A stretch of DNA of 64,000 bases from an uncultured Thermoplasmata archaeon. Its GTDB lineage: Archaea > Thermoplasmatota > Thermoplasmata > Halarchaeoplasmatales > Halarchaeoplasmataceae. Position 1 is the stretch's first letter; each line of letters opens with the position of its first letter. Shown piece by piece: positions 9,389-18,492 of the stretch. A program made the position numbers and the translations under genes. The notes below the pieces were generated by a model, which saw nothing but the letters and a program-made list of their open reading frames with translations, was not told where the DNA came from and made no database searches. The stretch lies in the NCBI GenBank assembly GCA_964516805.1, contig CAZEXI010000005.1, positions 1,556 through 65,555 on the forward strand, given 5' to 3'.

Positions 9389-11683
9389 ATGAAAGCTCTA
9401 TTGGTTGACGATGAGCATGATTTTCTGGAGCAGACAAAAATTTTCATAGAGAATAATCTAGAATCTCTGAAATTAGACACTGTTTCAAACGTCCAGGATG
9501 CTTTGCAAAAGCTAGAAAATCATGAGTATTCTGCGATTATCTCAGACTATCAGATGGGTGAAATCAACGGTTTAGAATTTTTAAAGATCATAAGAGAAGA
9601 AAAAAACAGCAATATACCTTTTATCATATTTACCGGTAGAGGAAGAGAAGATGTAGCAATAGAAGCCCTCAATCTAGGGGCGAACAGATACATCCACAAA
9701 GGCGGAGATCCAAGATCACAGTATGGTGTTTTGTCCAATGCTCTCATCAATGAAATTGACTCTTACAAGAAAGATAAAAGATTGAAAAATTCTAGATCAA
9801 AAAAGGAATCTATCGATGAGGTCGATCAGTCAGAAAAAGGGCCAAAGATCTCCGAACAAAACCGTAAAACTCTACAAAAAAGATACAAAGCTCTTTATGA
9901 AAGGTCCTTGGATGGAATATACTTATTCGATTTTGAAGGGGATTTTATAGACGCTAATCCTAAAGCATTAGAAATGATAGGTTATTCAAAGGAAGAATTG
10001 AGTTCTTTAAATTATAAAGACATATTTACTGACGAATCCATCAAAAAAATAGACAAGACTACTAAAAATATTATAGAAAACGGAGCACAAGACGATCCAA
10101 CAGAGCTAAAACTAATAAGAAAAGATGGAAACGAGATATGGGTAGAAACAAAAACACATGTTCTGTATAAGGATGATGAACCTTACGCATTCCAAGGGAT
10201 AGCTAGAGAGATAACTGAAAGGAAAAAGATAGAAAAAAAGATGAAGAAAAAAGAGAGGGCTATCCAAAATTCTCTTAATGGGATAACTATTGCGGACCTA
10301 AACGGTGATGTAACTTATGTAAACGACTCGTTGGTAAACATGTGGGGATTCGAAAACCAGGATGAAATACTTGGGAGAGATACACTAGAATTTTTCGAAA
10401 ATAAAGAAAAAACTCAAGAAGCTATTAACAAACTCCTTGAAAATGGAAGATGGAAGGGTGAATTGAGAGGAAAAAGAAAAGATGGATCGATCATAGATGT
10501 TTTCTTGTCGGCAAATCTCATTTATGACGATGAAGGAAATACTACGGATATTTTGGCTTCTATAATAGATATATCAGAAAATAAGTCCACAAATAGAAAA
10601 ATAGAAAAACTTCACGATATCACTCAAAAATTGGAACGTTGTGAAGAAGAAGACGAGGTCTATAATCTGGCTATTGAAGCTGCAGAAAGAATACTAGATT
10701 TTGAGATGTGTTCGATCGATTCTGTTGAAGGTAACAATTTTGTGGTCAAGGCTACTTCATCAAATGTTGATGCGGACGGTTCAAAAAACACTTCATTGGA
10801 TGAAGGCATAGCTGGGAGAACGTATAAAGAAGGCGATTCATTCATTGTAGATGATCTTAATAAAAATGAAAACGCCGAACCAGTAAAAGACAATTATCGT
10901 TCAGCATTGTCTGTTCCGATAGGTGATTTTGGTGTGTTTCAGGCAGTTTCAACAGGTAAAAAACAGTTTGACGAACAAGATGTCAACATGGCTGAGTTGC
11001 TGATGGACCATGTAGTAGAGACATTGAAACGGATCAAATCAAGTAAAAAACAAGATTTCTTACACTCCTTATTGAGGCATGATGTGAAAAATAAAACCCA
11101 GATCGTTGAAGGTTACTTACAACTATTGAAGGACTCAGAGCTCAATGACCTACAGTCTGATTTTACTGATAAAGCTCTTAAAGCAACAAGAGAAGGACAA
11201 TCTATACTTAAAAAGGTCAAAACACTTAGAGAAATAAAGGAAGAGGATGTCGAAGAGAAGAACATAAAAGTACCTTTAAAGAAAGCTATCAGGTCCAATA
11301 AAGAGCTGGTTGAAAAATCGAAAATAAGTATAAACTGGGATGAGAAAGACTGCATAGTAAAAGGTGGTGCACTGCTAGAAGAGCTTTTCTTCAATATCAT
11401 AAATAACGCTGTTAATCACTCAAATTGTGAAAATATAGATATCGCTGTAGAAAAAACAAAAAATGATTGTATTATACAGATCAAAGATGATGGTGTGGGT
11501 ATTCCAGAGGAAGAAAGGGATGCTATTTTTAAGAAGGGCTACAAAAAAGGAGATAAAGCAGGTACTGGACTTGGTCTGCATCTTGTCAAAACTATCGTAG
11601 AAAGTTACGATGGTAATATCGAGGTAAAAGATTCGAAATTAGGTGGTGCTAGATTCGATATTTATCTAAAAAAAGCTCAATAA
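9389..11683 (+). CDS. hybrid sensor histidine kinase: REC-PAS-PAS-GAF-HisKA-HATPase
   Basis: 764 aa. Receiver has SDYQMGEINGL and FTGRGRED. Two PAS blocks and a GAF with GVFQAVS are present. H-box LLRHDVKNK; G-boxes DDGVGI and GTGLGL. Confidence 0.9.
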   Translation: MKALLVDDEHDFLEQTKIFIENNLESLKLDTVSNVQDALQKLENHEYSAIISDYQMGEINGLEFLKIIREEKNSNIPFIIFTGRGREDVAIEALNLGANRYIHKGGDPRSQYGVLSNALINEIDSYKKDKRLKNSRSKKESIDEVDQSEKGPKISEQNRKTLQKRYKALYERSLDGIYLFDFEGDFIDANPKALEMIGYSKEELSSLNYKDIFTDESIKKIDKTTKNIIENGAQDDPTELKLIRKDGNEIWVETKTHVLYKDDEPYAFQGIAREITERKKIEKKMKKKERAIQNSLNGITIADLNGDVTYVNDSLVNMWGFENQDEILGRDTLEFFENKEKTQEAINKLLENGRWKGELRGKRKDGSIIDVFLSANLIYDDEGNTTDILASIIDISENKSTNRKIEKLHDITQKLERCEEEDEVYNLAIEAAERILDFEMCSIDSVEGNNFVVKATSSNVDADGSKNTSLDEGIAGRTYKEGDSFIVDDLNKNENAEPVKDNYRSALSVPIGDFGVFQAVSTGKKQFDEQDVNMAELLMDHVVETLKRIKSSKKQDFLHSLLRHDVKNKTQIVEGYLQLLKDSELNDLQSDFTDKALKATREGQSILKKVKTLREIKEEDVEEKNIKVPLKKAIRSNKELVEKSKISINWDEKDCIVKGGALLEELFFNIINNAVNHSNCENIDIAVEKTKNDCIIQIKDDGVGIPEEERDAIFKKGYKKGDKAGTGLGLHLVKTIVESYDGNIEVKDSKLGGARFDIYLKKAQ

Positions 11684-12102
11684 TCTAAATAATATTCAAT
11701 AACGCACTCTTTTATATCTGGTCTTACTTCCTGAACAATCTGGATGAATCTCTCTTCCTGTGTGCTGGCCATCACGCCGTATAGGTCGAAAAAGACTTCA
11801 TCATCCTGTATTTTTTTTACCATCAACCTTTTATGTGCCTCTGTTAACTTGTACTTTCCACCTTTATCATGTTCTTCTTTTAGATGTTTTTCAATCCTTG
11901 ATAGAACTTCCATGTAAAAACCGACTTTCCTAGGTCTGTCTGGACCAACATTCCTTACTAAACCACACTTCTCACAGTACGGATGTGGTGCTAATGTAAG
12001 CGATTCTTTTCTACTGAGCATTGGAAGCCAATCATGATCATGAGACTCATGTAGACATTCCGGCTCTTTTTCTTCTACAGCATCAGCATCTGAATCCTGC
12101 AT
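11677..12102 (-). CDS. hypothetical Cys/His-containing cytoplasmic protein
   Basis: 141-aa ORF divergent from metF-like. It contains ECLHESHDHD and HPYCEKCG motifs. I recognised no family. Confidence 0.45.
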   Translation of the reverse strand: MQDSDADAVEEKEPECLHESHDHDWLPMLSRKESLTLAPHPYCEKCGLVRNVGPDRPRKVGFYMEVLSRIEKHLKEEHDKGGKYKLTEAHKRLMVKKIQDDEVFFDLYGVMASTQEERFIQIVQEVRPDIKECVIEYYLDY

Positions 12103-12210
12103 TGAAATAAATGAGGAACTTTAGGTATTTATAAGTTTATCTAAAAATCTTAGTCTGATATCACCTACTTCCTCTTAAATTTTAAATAAATCTCGACCAA
12201 TCATTAGGTA

Positions 12211-13164
12211 ATGAAAGAATTTATGGAGAGGTTGAAGAAAGACTCGTTCCCCATCACTTATGAAGTCCCATCCCCACGGGGAGGGAATGTGGAAGATTAT
12301 ATCGATCATATAACAGAATACGAGTTTAAAGACCATATCGCTGGTTTCAATGTGTGTAATAATCCTGTGGGGCTGGTGAGGATAGACCCCGGTCCATATG
12401 CGGGAAAAATAAAAGAAAAGATAGGAATAGATACCATAGCTCATCTAACATGTAGAGATTCTACTATAGGTGGACTTCAAAGATGGCTTTTAGGAGCTCA
12501 ATCATTGGGCATAAAAAATATATTGGCGATGACTGGTGACTACGCAGTCGGTGATTATCCTGCTGAGGAAAAAGTAGATCATATCAACTCTCTAGAACTT
12601 ATCACTGGTATCAAAGATTATCTAAACCAGGGTAAATTGATGCCTGAGCTGTCAGCACGACCCCATAAAACCAGAAATAGGTACCTCAGCGAAATAGACG
12701 AAATAGAAGTTCCAACCGACTTTATAGTCGGTGGAGTTATACTACCTGGTAGGAAAAAAGAAGCTGGTTACGCTGCCAGGAAGGTTGATGCAGGTGCTGA
12801 TTTTTTCCAAACCCAGATAACATATGACCATGAAGAGATGCTTGACTTTTTAGAAAAATTAGAAGACCGTATAGAAAGATATCCTCCAATACTTATAGGA
12901 ACTACCCCTTTCCAGTCTCCAAAACAGATGATGGAACTCTCAGATACGATACCTCAGGTAAATATTCCTGATTACGTTCAAAAGCGGTTATCTAAGGCAG
13001 ATGACTTCAAATCAGAATCAATCGAATACACGATTGAGTTCTACGAAAAGATAAAAGATGGAGCAGAAGAAAGGGGTATCAATTGCAAATTGGGGGCGCA
13101 TATAATACCCATAAGGTATGAAGGTAGGGTGAATGAGATAATAAGGAGGATAAGTGAGATATGA
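12211..13164 (+). CDS. metF: methylenetetrahydrofolate/-methanopterin reductase-like protein (MetF/MTHFR family)
   Basis: 317 aa with the MTHFR-type TIM-barrel signature including IAHLTCRD and ILAMTGD. The stop overlaps the next start (ATGA). Confidence 0.8.
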   Translation: MKEFMERLKKDSFPITYEVPSPRGGNVEDYIDHITEYEFKDHIAGFNVCNNPVGLVRIDPGPYAGKIKEKIGIDTIAHLTCRDSTIGGLQRWLLGAQSLGIKNILAMTGDYAVGDYPAEEKVDHINSLELITGIKDYLNQGKLMPELSARPHKTRNRYLSEIDEIEVPTDFIVGGVILPGRKKEAGYAARKVDAGADFFQTQITYDHEEMLDFLEKLEDRIERYPPILIGTTPFQSPKQMMELSDTIPQVNIPDYVQKRLSKADDFKSESIEYTIEFYEKIKDGAEERGINCKLGAHIIPIRYEGRVNEIIRRISEI

Positions 13165-13733
13165 GTGATCTTTATCCATGGGGAGGAAAATACAGAACTG
13201 GCAGTGCAGAATCCCCTGTAGCTGTTGTTACTTTAAACACAGATTTTGATTTTCCAGAAGATAAAGTCGCTATTTGGGGAAAGATGAAAACAGAAAACCT
13301 TGGTATAGAAAAAGTGATAGCTAACGTGATCTCAAATCCAAATATCCGATTTCTTATTATCTGTGGTGAAGAGATAAGAGGGCATAACTCAGGTAATTCT
13401 TTGAAAGCGGTAATAAAGAATGGAATCGACGATAATGGTAAAATAATCGAAGCACCAGGTGCCGTTCCATATATAGAGAACATATCAAAAGAAGCTGTTG
13501 AAAGATTTCGGGATCAAATTTCTGTTATAGATAAAATAGATATTACTGAAAAAGAAAAAATATTAGATGTTATAAACTCAAAACTGGAAGAAAATCTAGG
13601 TCGTTTTGATGACCCCTTTATAGCAATAAGAATAAAAAACGAAGAAAAGTCAAAACTAGAAGCTGATCTAGCTCTGCATGCTTCTTTAAAGATCAGTCCG
13701 TGGGGGAAAATTTCTCCAGCTGAAAATGAATAA
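13161..13733 (+). CDS. mtrA: soluble MtrA-like corrinoid-binding protein
   Basis: 190 aa. YPWGGKY..SPVAVVTL and NPNIRFLIICGEEIRGHNSG match the MtrA cobamide-binding domain. There is no hydrophobic C-terminal anchor. Confidence 0.8.
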   Translation: MSDLYPWGGKYRTGSAESPVAVVTLNTDFDFPEDKVAIWGKMKTENLGIEKVIANVISNPNIRFLIICGEEIRGHNSGNSLKAVIKNGIDDNGKIIEAPGAVPYIENISKEAVERFRDQISVIDKIDITEKEKILDVINSKLEENLGRFDDPFIAIRIKNEEKSKLEADLALHASLKISPWGKISPAENE

Positions 13734-13788
13734 ATCCATTAGTATATAAGGAAAACTGTTATATTCTCCTAAGCATAACGTTCCGTAC

Positions 13789-16700
13789 ATGGATTTGATC
13801 CTGATAGACGATAATCCAGATCTTATCGAGCAGGCAAGTATTTACCTCCAGAGGGAAGATGAAAGGTTCAATATACATACCACCACATCACCTATCAACG
13901 CATTCAATAAAATTAAAGATCAAGACTTTGATGTGGTCGTCTCTGATTACCAGATGCCAGAGATGACTGGTTTAGATCTATTAAAAAAAATGAGAGACAA
14001 CGGCTATAATACTCCTTTCATCATATTTACAGGAAGAGGACGAGAGGAAGTTGCTATAAAAGCTCTAAATCTAGGAGCGGATCGGTATATCCAGAAAGGG
14101 TGTGATATTAAGACTCAATACAGTCTTTTAGCCAATAATATTAAACAAGTAGTCGATCTAGAAGAATCTAAACAAAGAATCAAAGAAAAGAAAAATAAAA
14201 TAAAGGCACTTCATAAAATAGGTTTCCAGTTAAACAAAACAGACAACGAAGAAGATATACTTGATTTGACTATAAAGGCTGCAAGCGATATACTAGAATT
14301 CAATGTATGTGATATCGATTTTTTAAAAGACGGGGAATTCATTCCAAAAAGAACTACAAGAGAAGATGGGATACCTGTCGAAAGCTATCCTTTCAAGGGT
14401 ACCTTGGCTAAGACCTACAAAACAAAAGAATCCTTCATTACTAACGATATCACTAATTCTGATACTGCAGATCCAATAGATAAAAATTACAAATCTGGTA
14501 TCAGTGTACCTATAGGTGGCTATGGAGTTTTTCAAGCTATATCATTCCAAAAAGACTACTTTGATGAAGAAGATCTTGAACTATCTGAAATTTTGATTTC
14601 ACACGTAAATCTAGCATTGAATAAAGTTAAATTTGATAAAAAAAGACAAAAAGAAAAAGATAAGATTGAAAAATTACACAAGATCACTTCAAAAATGGAA
14701 AATGTAGATGAGATGAAGGATGTATTCGATTTAGCGATAGAAGCAGTCGAAAATATTCTTGATTTCAATGTGTGCTCATTCAGCTTAGCTGATGATGATG
14801 AATTTGTAATAACCGCTAAAAGTTCAGCAGAGTATCTGCCGATAGGTTACAGATTTCCTATAAATACTGGTATCGCTGGAAAGTGTTATAAAACCGGGTC
14901 TAAAATCGTAACAAAGGATGTTGATAGAGATAATAGAGCACAACCTAATAAGGACTCTTACAAATCAGGTATCACTTTACCTATTTTAAATATCGGTATA
15001 TTTCAGATAATTTTCGATGAAAAAGAAGCTTTTGACGATCACGATGTAAGAGTAGTCGAATTACTGATAAATCATGTGAATGAAGCATTGAAAAGAATAA
15101 GATCTACTAGTTCTTTAAAAGAGTCAGAAGCAACATACAAAACAATTTACGAAAACACATTGAAACTCTCCAAAGAAAAAGATTTTGATAAGGTCATCAA
15201 AACTATCGCTGATAATGCCAAAAAGCTATTGAAAGCAAACGATTCAATAATATATTTATTAAATACCAATAAAAATAGTATAGAACCCATATATTCGAAC
15301 AACCCAGACTATAAAGAAGAAATAATGAACTATGACATTTCTTTAGGGGAAGGATTGACAGGAAATGTAGTAAAGAATGGAGAAGCTAAGATCATTAACT
15401 ACGATGATGAAAAAAACGGAATTTTAGTAATTCCAGGTACAGAAAAGAAGAAAGACCATGAACATGAATCCGTTATATCAACTCCTCTTTTTATAGATGA
15501 CAAGGTCCAAGGAGCTATTACAGTTACAAAATTTAAAGAAAAATTCAGTGAAGAGGACATTATAAAACTAAATACATTCGCTAGACAGGCAGAGATCGCC
15601 ATCAAAAGAGCTGAAGAGCTCGATAATCTTAAAAGATCTAAAAGGAAACTAAAAGAGAATAAGAATAAGATAGAAGAACTACACTACGCAGTAAATAGGA
15701 TAGAAAAAAGTAAAAATGAACAGGAAATTTATCACTTAGCTATCAAAATTGCGGAAAACATATTAGATTTTGATATAGCTGAATTCATGGTAAAAAGTAA
15801 AGATGAATTAGTTGTTAAAGCTAAATCCTATTCAGATCCTACTGAAGATGACAGCATAGGTATTGAAGAGGGCATAGCTGGAAGAACGTACAAACATGGA
15901 TCTTCCTATATAATAGGAGATATCCCGAACTATTTTAAATCAGAACCGACAAATGAAGATTATAAATCTGGCATATCCGTTCCTGTAGGGAAATATGGGG
16001 TCTTTCAAGCTATATCAACAGAGAAAGATAACTTTGATCAAAATGACCTAGATTTAGCTGAGATACTCATTTCTCACGTGACCGAGAAACTGAAAAATAT
16101 ATCTAATGAAAAAAAGATCAAAAGAGAATCAGAAAAAATAGAAAGACTACATAAATTCGCAGCAAACTTAGAAAGCTGCTTAGAAAAAGAAAGGGTCTTT
16201 GAATTGATAACTGAAGCTGGTGAAAATATATTGGATTTAGATATCTGTAAAACGTATATCTCTAAAGACGATGATTTATTAATCAAAAAACACTCATCCA
16301 TGTATACACAATCTTCCAGTTCTCTGGCTAAAAAATTAGCTGATAAAACCTACGATGAAGATAAAATCTTAACAGAAAATGACATTGAAAATATTGAAAG
16401 TACAGAGAATTTCAAATCAATAATAAGTATGCCGATAGCTTCTTATGGTGTGTTCCAAGCTATTTCAAAAGATAAAAAAGCTTTTGATCAGGAAGACACG
16501 AAACTATCTAAACTTTTGATAGACCACGCTGTAGAAGCCCTTAATAGAATACAGAGTGAAAGTAGAGAGGAATTCTTATTGACTCTTTTAAGACATGATC
16601 TTAAAAATAAAAATAACATAACTAGAGGCTATATATCAATAATACAGGATATGGACATTGATGATAAACAGAAAACATTCTTAGAAAAAGCATCAACATC

Positions 16701-17199
16701 ATGCGAAGAAAGTATGTCACTCATTAAAAAAGTGGGTATGCTTAGAAAGATCGATAAGGAAAAAGAAAAAAAGGAGATCAATATCCATCATTCCTTAAAT
16801 CAAGCCTTAGATAATCTATATAAGATCGCTGAAGAAAAAAATATCAAAATAGACTATGAGAAATGTTCAAACAAGGTAAGTGCTGGGCCTCTTTTGAAAG
16901 AAGCTTTCAGTAATATAATAGAAAATTGTTTAGAACATTCTGATGGTTCACATATAAAAATCTACTCTAATGACTATGATAGATCTATCGAGCTGATAAT
17001 TGAAGATGATGGTAAAGGCATATCAGACGATAAACTCAATAAAGTATTTAAGAGAGGTTTTAAAGGAAGAAATTCAGGTGGTCTGGGTATAGGGATGTAC
17101 ATCGTAAAAAGTATAATTGATAACTATGATGGTAATATAAACCTAGGAAAATCTGAACTGGGTGGAGCTAGGTTTGAAATAACATTAAATAAAACATAA
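13789..17199 (+). CDS. hybrid sensor histidine kinase: REC-(GAF)x5-HisKA-HATPase
   Basis: 1136 aa with an N-terminal receiver (SDYQMPEMTGL) and five GAF modules. H-box LLRHDLKNK; DDGKGI and GLGIGM boxes. Confidence 0.9.
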   Translation: MDLILIDDNPDLIEQASIYLQREDERFNIHTTTSPINAFNKIKDQDFDVVVSDYQMPEMTGLDLLKKMRDNGYNTPFIIFTGRGREEVAIKALNLGADRYIQKGCDIKTQYSLLANNIKQVVDLEESKQRIKEKKNKIKALHKIGFQLNKTDNEEDILDLTIKAASDILEFNVCDIDFLKDGEFIPKRTTREDGIPVESYPFKGTLAKTYKTKESFITNDITNSDTADPIDKNYKSGISVPIGGYGVFQAISFQKDYFDEEDLELSEILISHVNLALNKVKFDKKRQKEKDKIEKLHKITSKMENVDEMKDVFDLAIEAVENILDFNVCSFSLADDDEFVITAKSSAEYLPIGYRFPINTGIAGKCYKTGSKIVTKDVDRDNRAQPNKDSYKSGITLPILNIGIFQIIFDEKEAFDDHDVRVVELLINHVNEALKRIRSTSSLKESEATYKTIYENTLKLSKEKDFDKVIKTIADNAKKLLKANDSIIYLLNTNKNSIEPIYSNNPDYKEEIMNYDISLGEGLTGNVVKNGEAKIINYDDEKNGILVIPGTEKKKDHEHESVISTPLFIDDKVQGAITVTKFKEKFSEEDIIKLNTFARQAEIAIKRAEELDNLKRSKRKLKENKNKIEELHYAVNRIEKSKNEQEIYHLAIKIAENILDFDIAEFMVKSKDELVVKAKSYSDPTEDDSIGIEEGIAGRTYKHGSSYIIGDIPNYFKSEPTNEDYKSGISVPVGKYGVFQAISTEKDNFDQNDLDLAEILISHVTEKLKNISNEKKIKRESEKIERLHKFAANLESCLEKERVFELITEAGENILDLDICKTYISKDDDLLIKKHSSMYTQSSSSLAKKLADKTYDEDKILTENDIENIESTENFKSIISMPIASYGVFQAISKDKKAFDQEDTKLSKLLIDHAVEALNRIQSESREEFLLTLLRHDLKNKNNITRGYISIIQDMDIDDKQKTFLEKASTSCEESMSLIKKVGMLRKIDKEKEKKEINIHHSLNQALDNLYKIAEEKNIKIDYEKCSNKVSAGPLLKEAFSNIIENCLEHSDGSHIKIYSNDYDRSIELIIEDDGKGISDDKLNKVFKRGFKGRNSGGLGIGMYIVKSIIDNYDGNINLGKSELGGARFEITLNKT
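14194..16554 (+). repeat. tandem array of five GAF-encoding modules (four of one subtype, one divergent) inside the kinase gene
   Basis: A signature recurs at about aa 136, 291, 626 and 782: K-I-x-x-LH ... ENILDF(N/D)(V/I)C ... YKSGIS(V)P(I/V)G.YGVFQAIS ... L(A/S)E(I/L)LI.HV. Module 3 (about aa 448-607) is a different GAF type. Confidence 0.75.
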
Positions 17200-17272
17200 C
17201 AATCTATTTTGAAATTGATCAATCGAAATAATAATTTACAACATCGTACATTTATAATGGGAGGAATAGAAA

Positions 17273-18187
17273 ATGTTCAGTTATACCAAAGAACAAAAAA
17301 CTTACGAGCTTGGAGATATAAAAGTTGGCGGATTACCTGGACAATTTCCTACACTGATGGTCGGTACTGTTTTTTACAAAGGTCAGTTCAAAAATCAAAA
17401 AAGATCAAAGAGTAAAGTAAGTGCCCTTATCCAAAAACAAAAAGAATTCTCAGAAAAAACATCTATTCCCTCATTGGTGGATTTTTTTATATACGAGAAA
17501 GACGAAGTCGAATGGAAGATCGATTTTGCTATCGAAAATACGGACGGTTACTTTTCATTGGATATACCAGAATCGGAAGTTAGGATAAAGGCATTAGAAT
17601 ATCTAGATGAACAGGACGCCTTATCAAGAGTTGTGTACAATAGTTTTAATCTCGGTGTAACCGATAAAGAACTCGAAGTGCTTAAAGAAAAAACACCCTC
17701 TGCAGCAATAATACTGGCTTATAACCCTCAAAACAACAACACCCAGGGTCGTTTAGATATACTTACCGATGGTGGTAAATTATTAGAAAAGGGACTGCTG
17801 GATATGGCTAAAGAAGTTGGGATAGAAAAAACGCTATTGGACACTGCAGCGACACCTTTCGGCGAGGGTGCATGTGAAACTATAAGAGCTATACCAGTTT
17901 TTAAAAGTGAATTAGGTCTTCCTGTTGGATGTGCACTACACAACACCGTTGAATCATGGCAGTGGTTGGAAGAATATAGTGATAGAAAAAAGATTTTAGA
18001 TTCGATAGACACCGGGATTGATGGTTTACCTGTTCTTCTGGGAGCTGACTTCATTTATTATGGTCCAATTGAAAATTCTCGATATTCGTTCCCATACATA
18101 GCAATGGTCAATAAACTGATAGCTGAAGGAGCTGAAGATTATTTTGGACAGGATATAGATGAAGAACATCCATATTATAAATTATAA
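17273..18187 (+). CDS. mtrH: MtrH-like pterin:corrinoid methyltransferase
   Basis: 304 aa. The N-terminus MFSYTKEQKTYELGDIKVGGLPGQFPTLMVGTVFY closely follows the MtrH consensus. GGAGG lies 8 nt upstream of the ATG. Confidence 0.8.
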   Translation: MFSYTKEQKTYELGDIKVGGLPGQFPTLMVGTVFYKGQFKNQKRSKSKVSALIQKQKEFSEKTSIPSLVDFFIYEKDEVEWKIDFAIENTDGYFSLDIPESEVRIKALEYLDEQDALSRVVYNSFNLGVTDKELEVLKEKTPSAAIILAYNPQNNNTQGRLDILTDGGKLLEKGLLDMAKEVGIEKTLLDTAATPFGEGACETIRAIPVFKSELGLPVGCALHNTVESWQWLEEYSDRKKILDSIDTGIDGLPVLLGADFIYYGPIENSRYSFPYIAMVNKLIAEGAEDYFGQDIDEEHPYYKL

Positions 18188-18195
18188 TAGTCGTT

Positions 18196-18396
18196 TCATT
18201 CACCACTCAGTCTTTTAGCTAGTTCGTGTAGGTCTGGTCCTTCCTCTTCGATTTTTCTAATGACCAGCTTTCCATCTTCTAACTCAAGAGTTAATTTTTG
18301 TCCAGGTCTTATTCCAATCTTTTTCTGAAATTTAGATGGGATGGAAACCTTACCTTGTTCGTCTAGTCTTACTTTTTCTTTCATTATATAAATCAA
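18196..18396 (-). CDS. AbrB/SpoVT (MazE/VapB-like) DNA-binding protein
   Basis: 66 aa with the swapped-hairpin motif GKVSIPSKFQKKIGIRPGQKLTLELEDGKLVIRKI. No adjacent toxin ORF. Confidence 0.65.
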   Translation of the reverse strand: MIYIMKEKVRLDEQGKVSIPSKFQKKIGIRPGQKLTLELEDGKLVIRKIEEEGPDLHELAKRLSGE

Positions 18397-18492
18397 GATA
18401 ATAATATTATTTAAATTTGAGGAAAAGTGTTTGTGACATCCTCCTCTCCCTGAAGGAAGAGGTCTTAAATAGTTAGGTTAGATAATAATACG

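Noticed and set aside
18443-18462. Hairpin cctct-c-cc/tgaa/gg-a-agagg downstream of the 878-aa kinase gene as a terminator
   Set aside because: It has only 5+2 bp with an internal mismatch and no adjacent oligo-T run. This is too weak to call.
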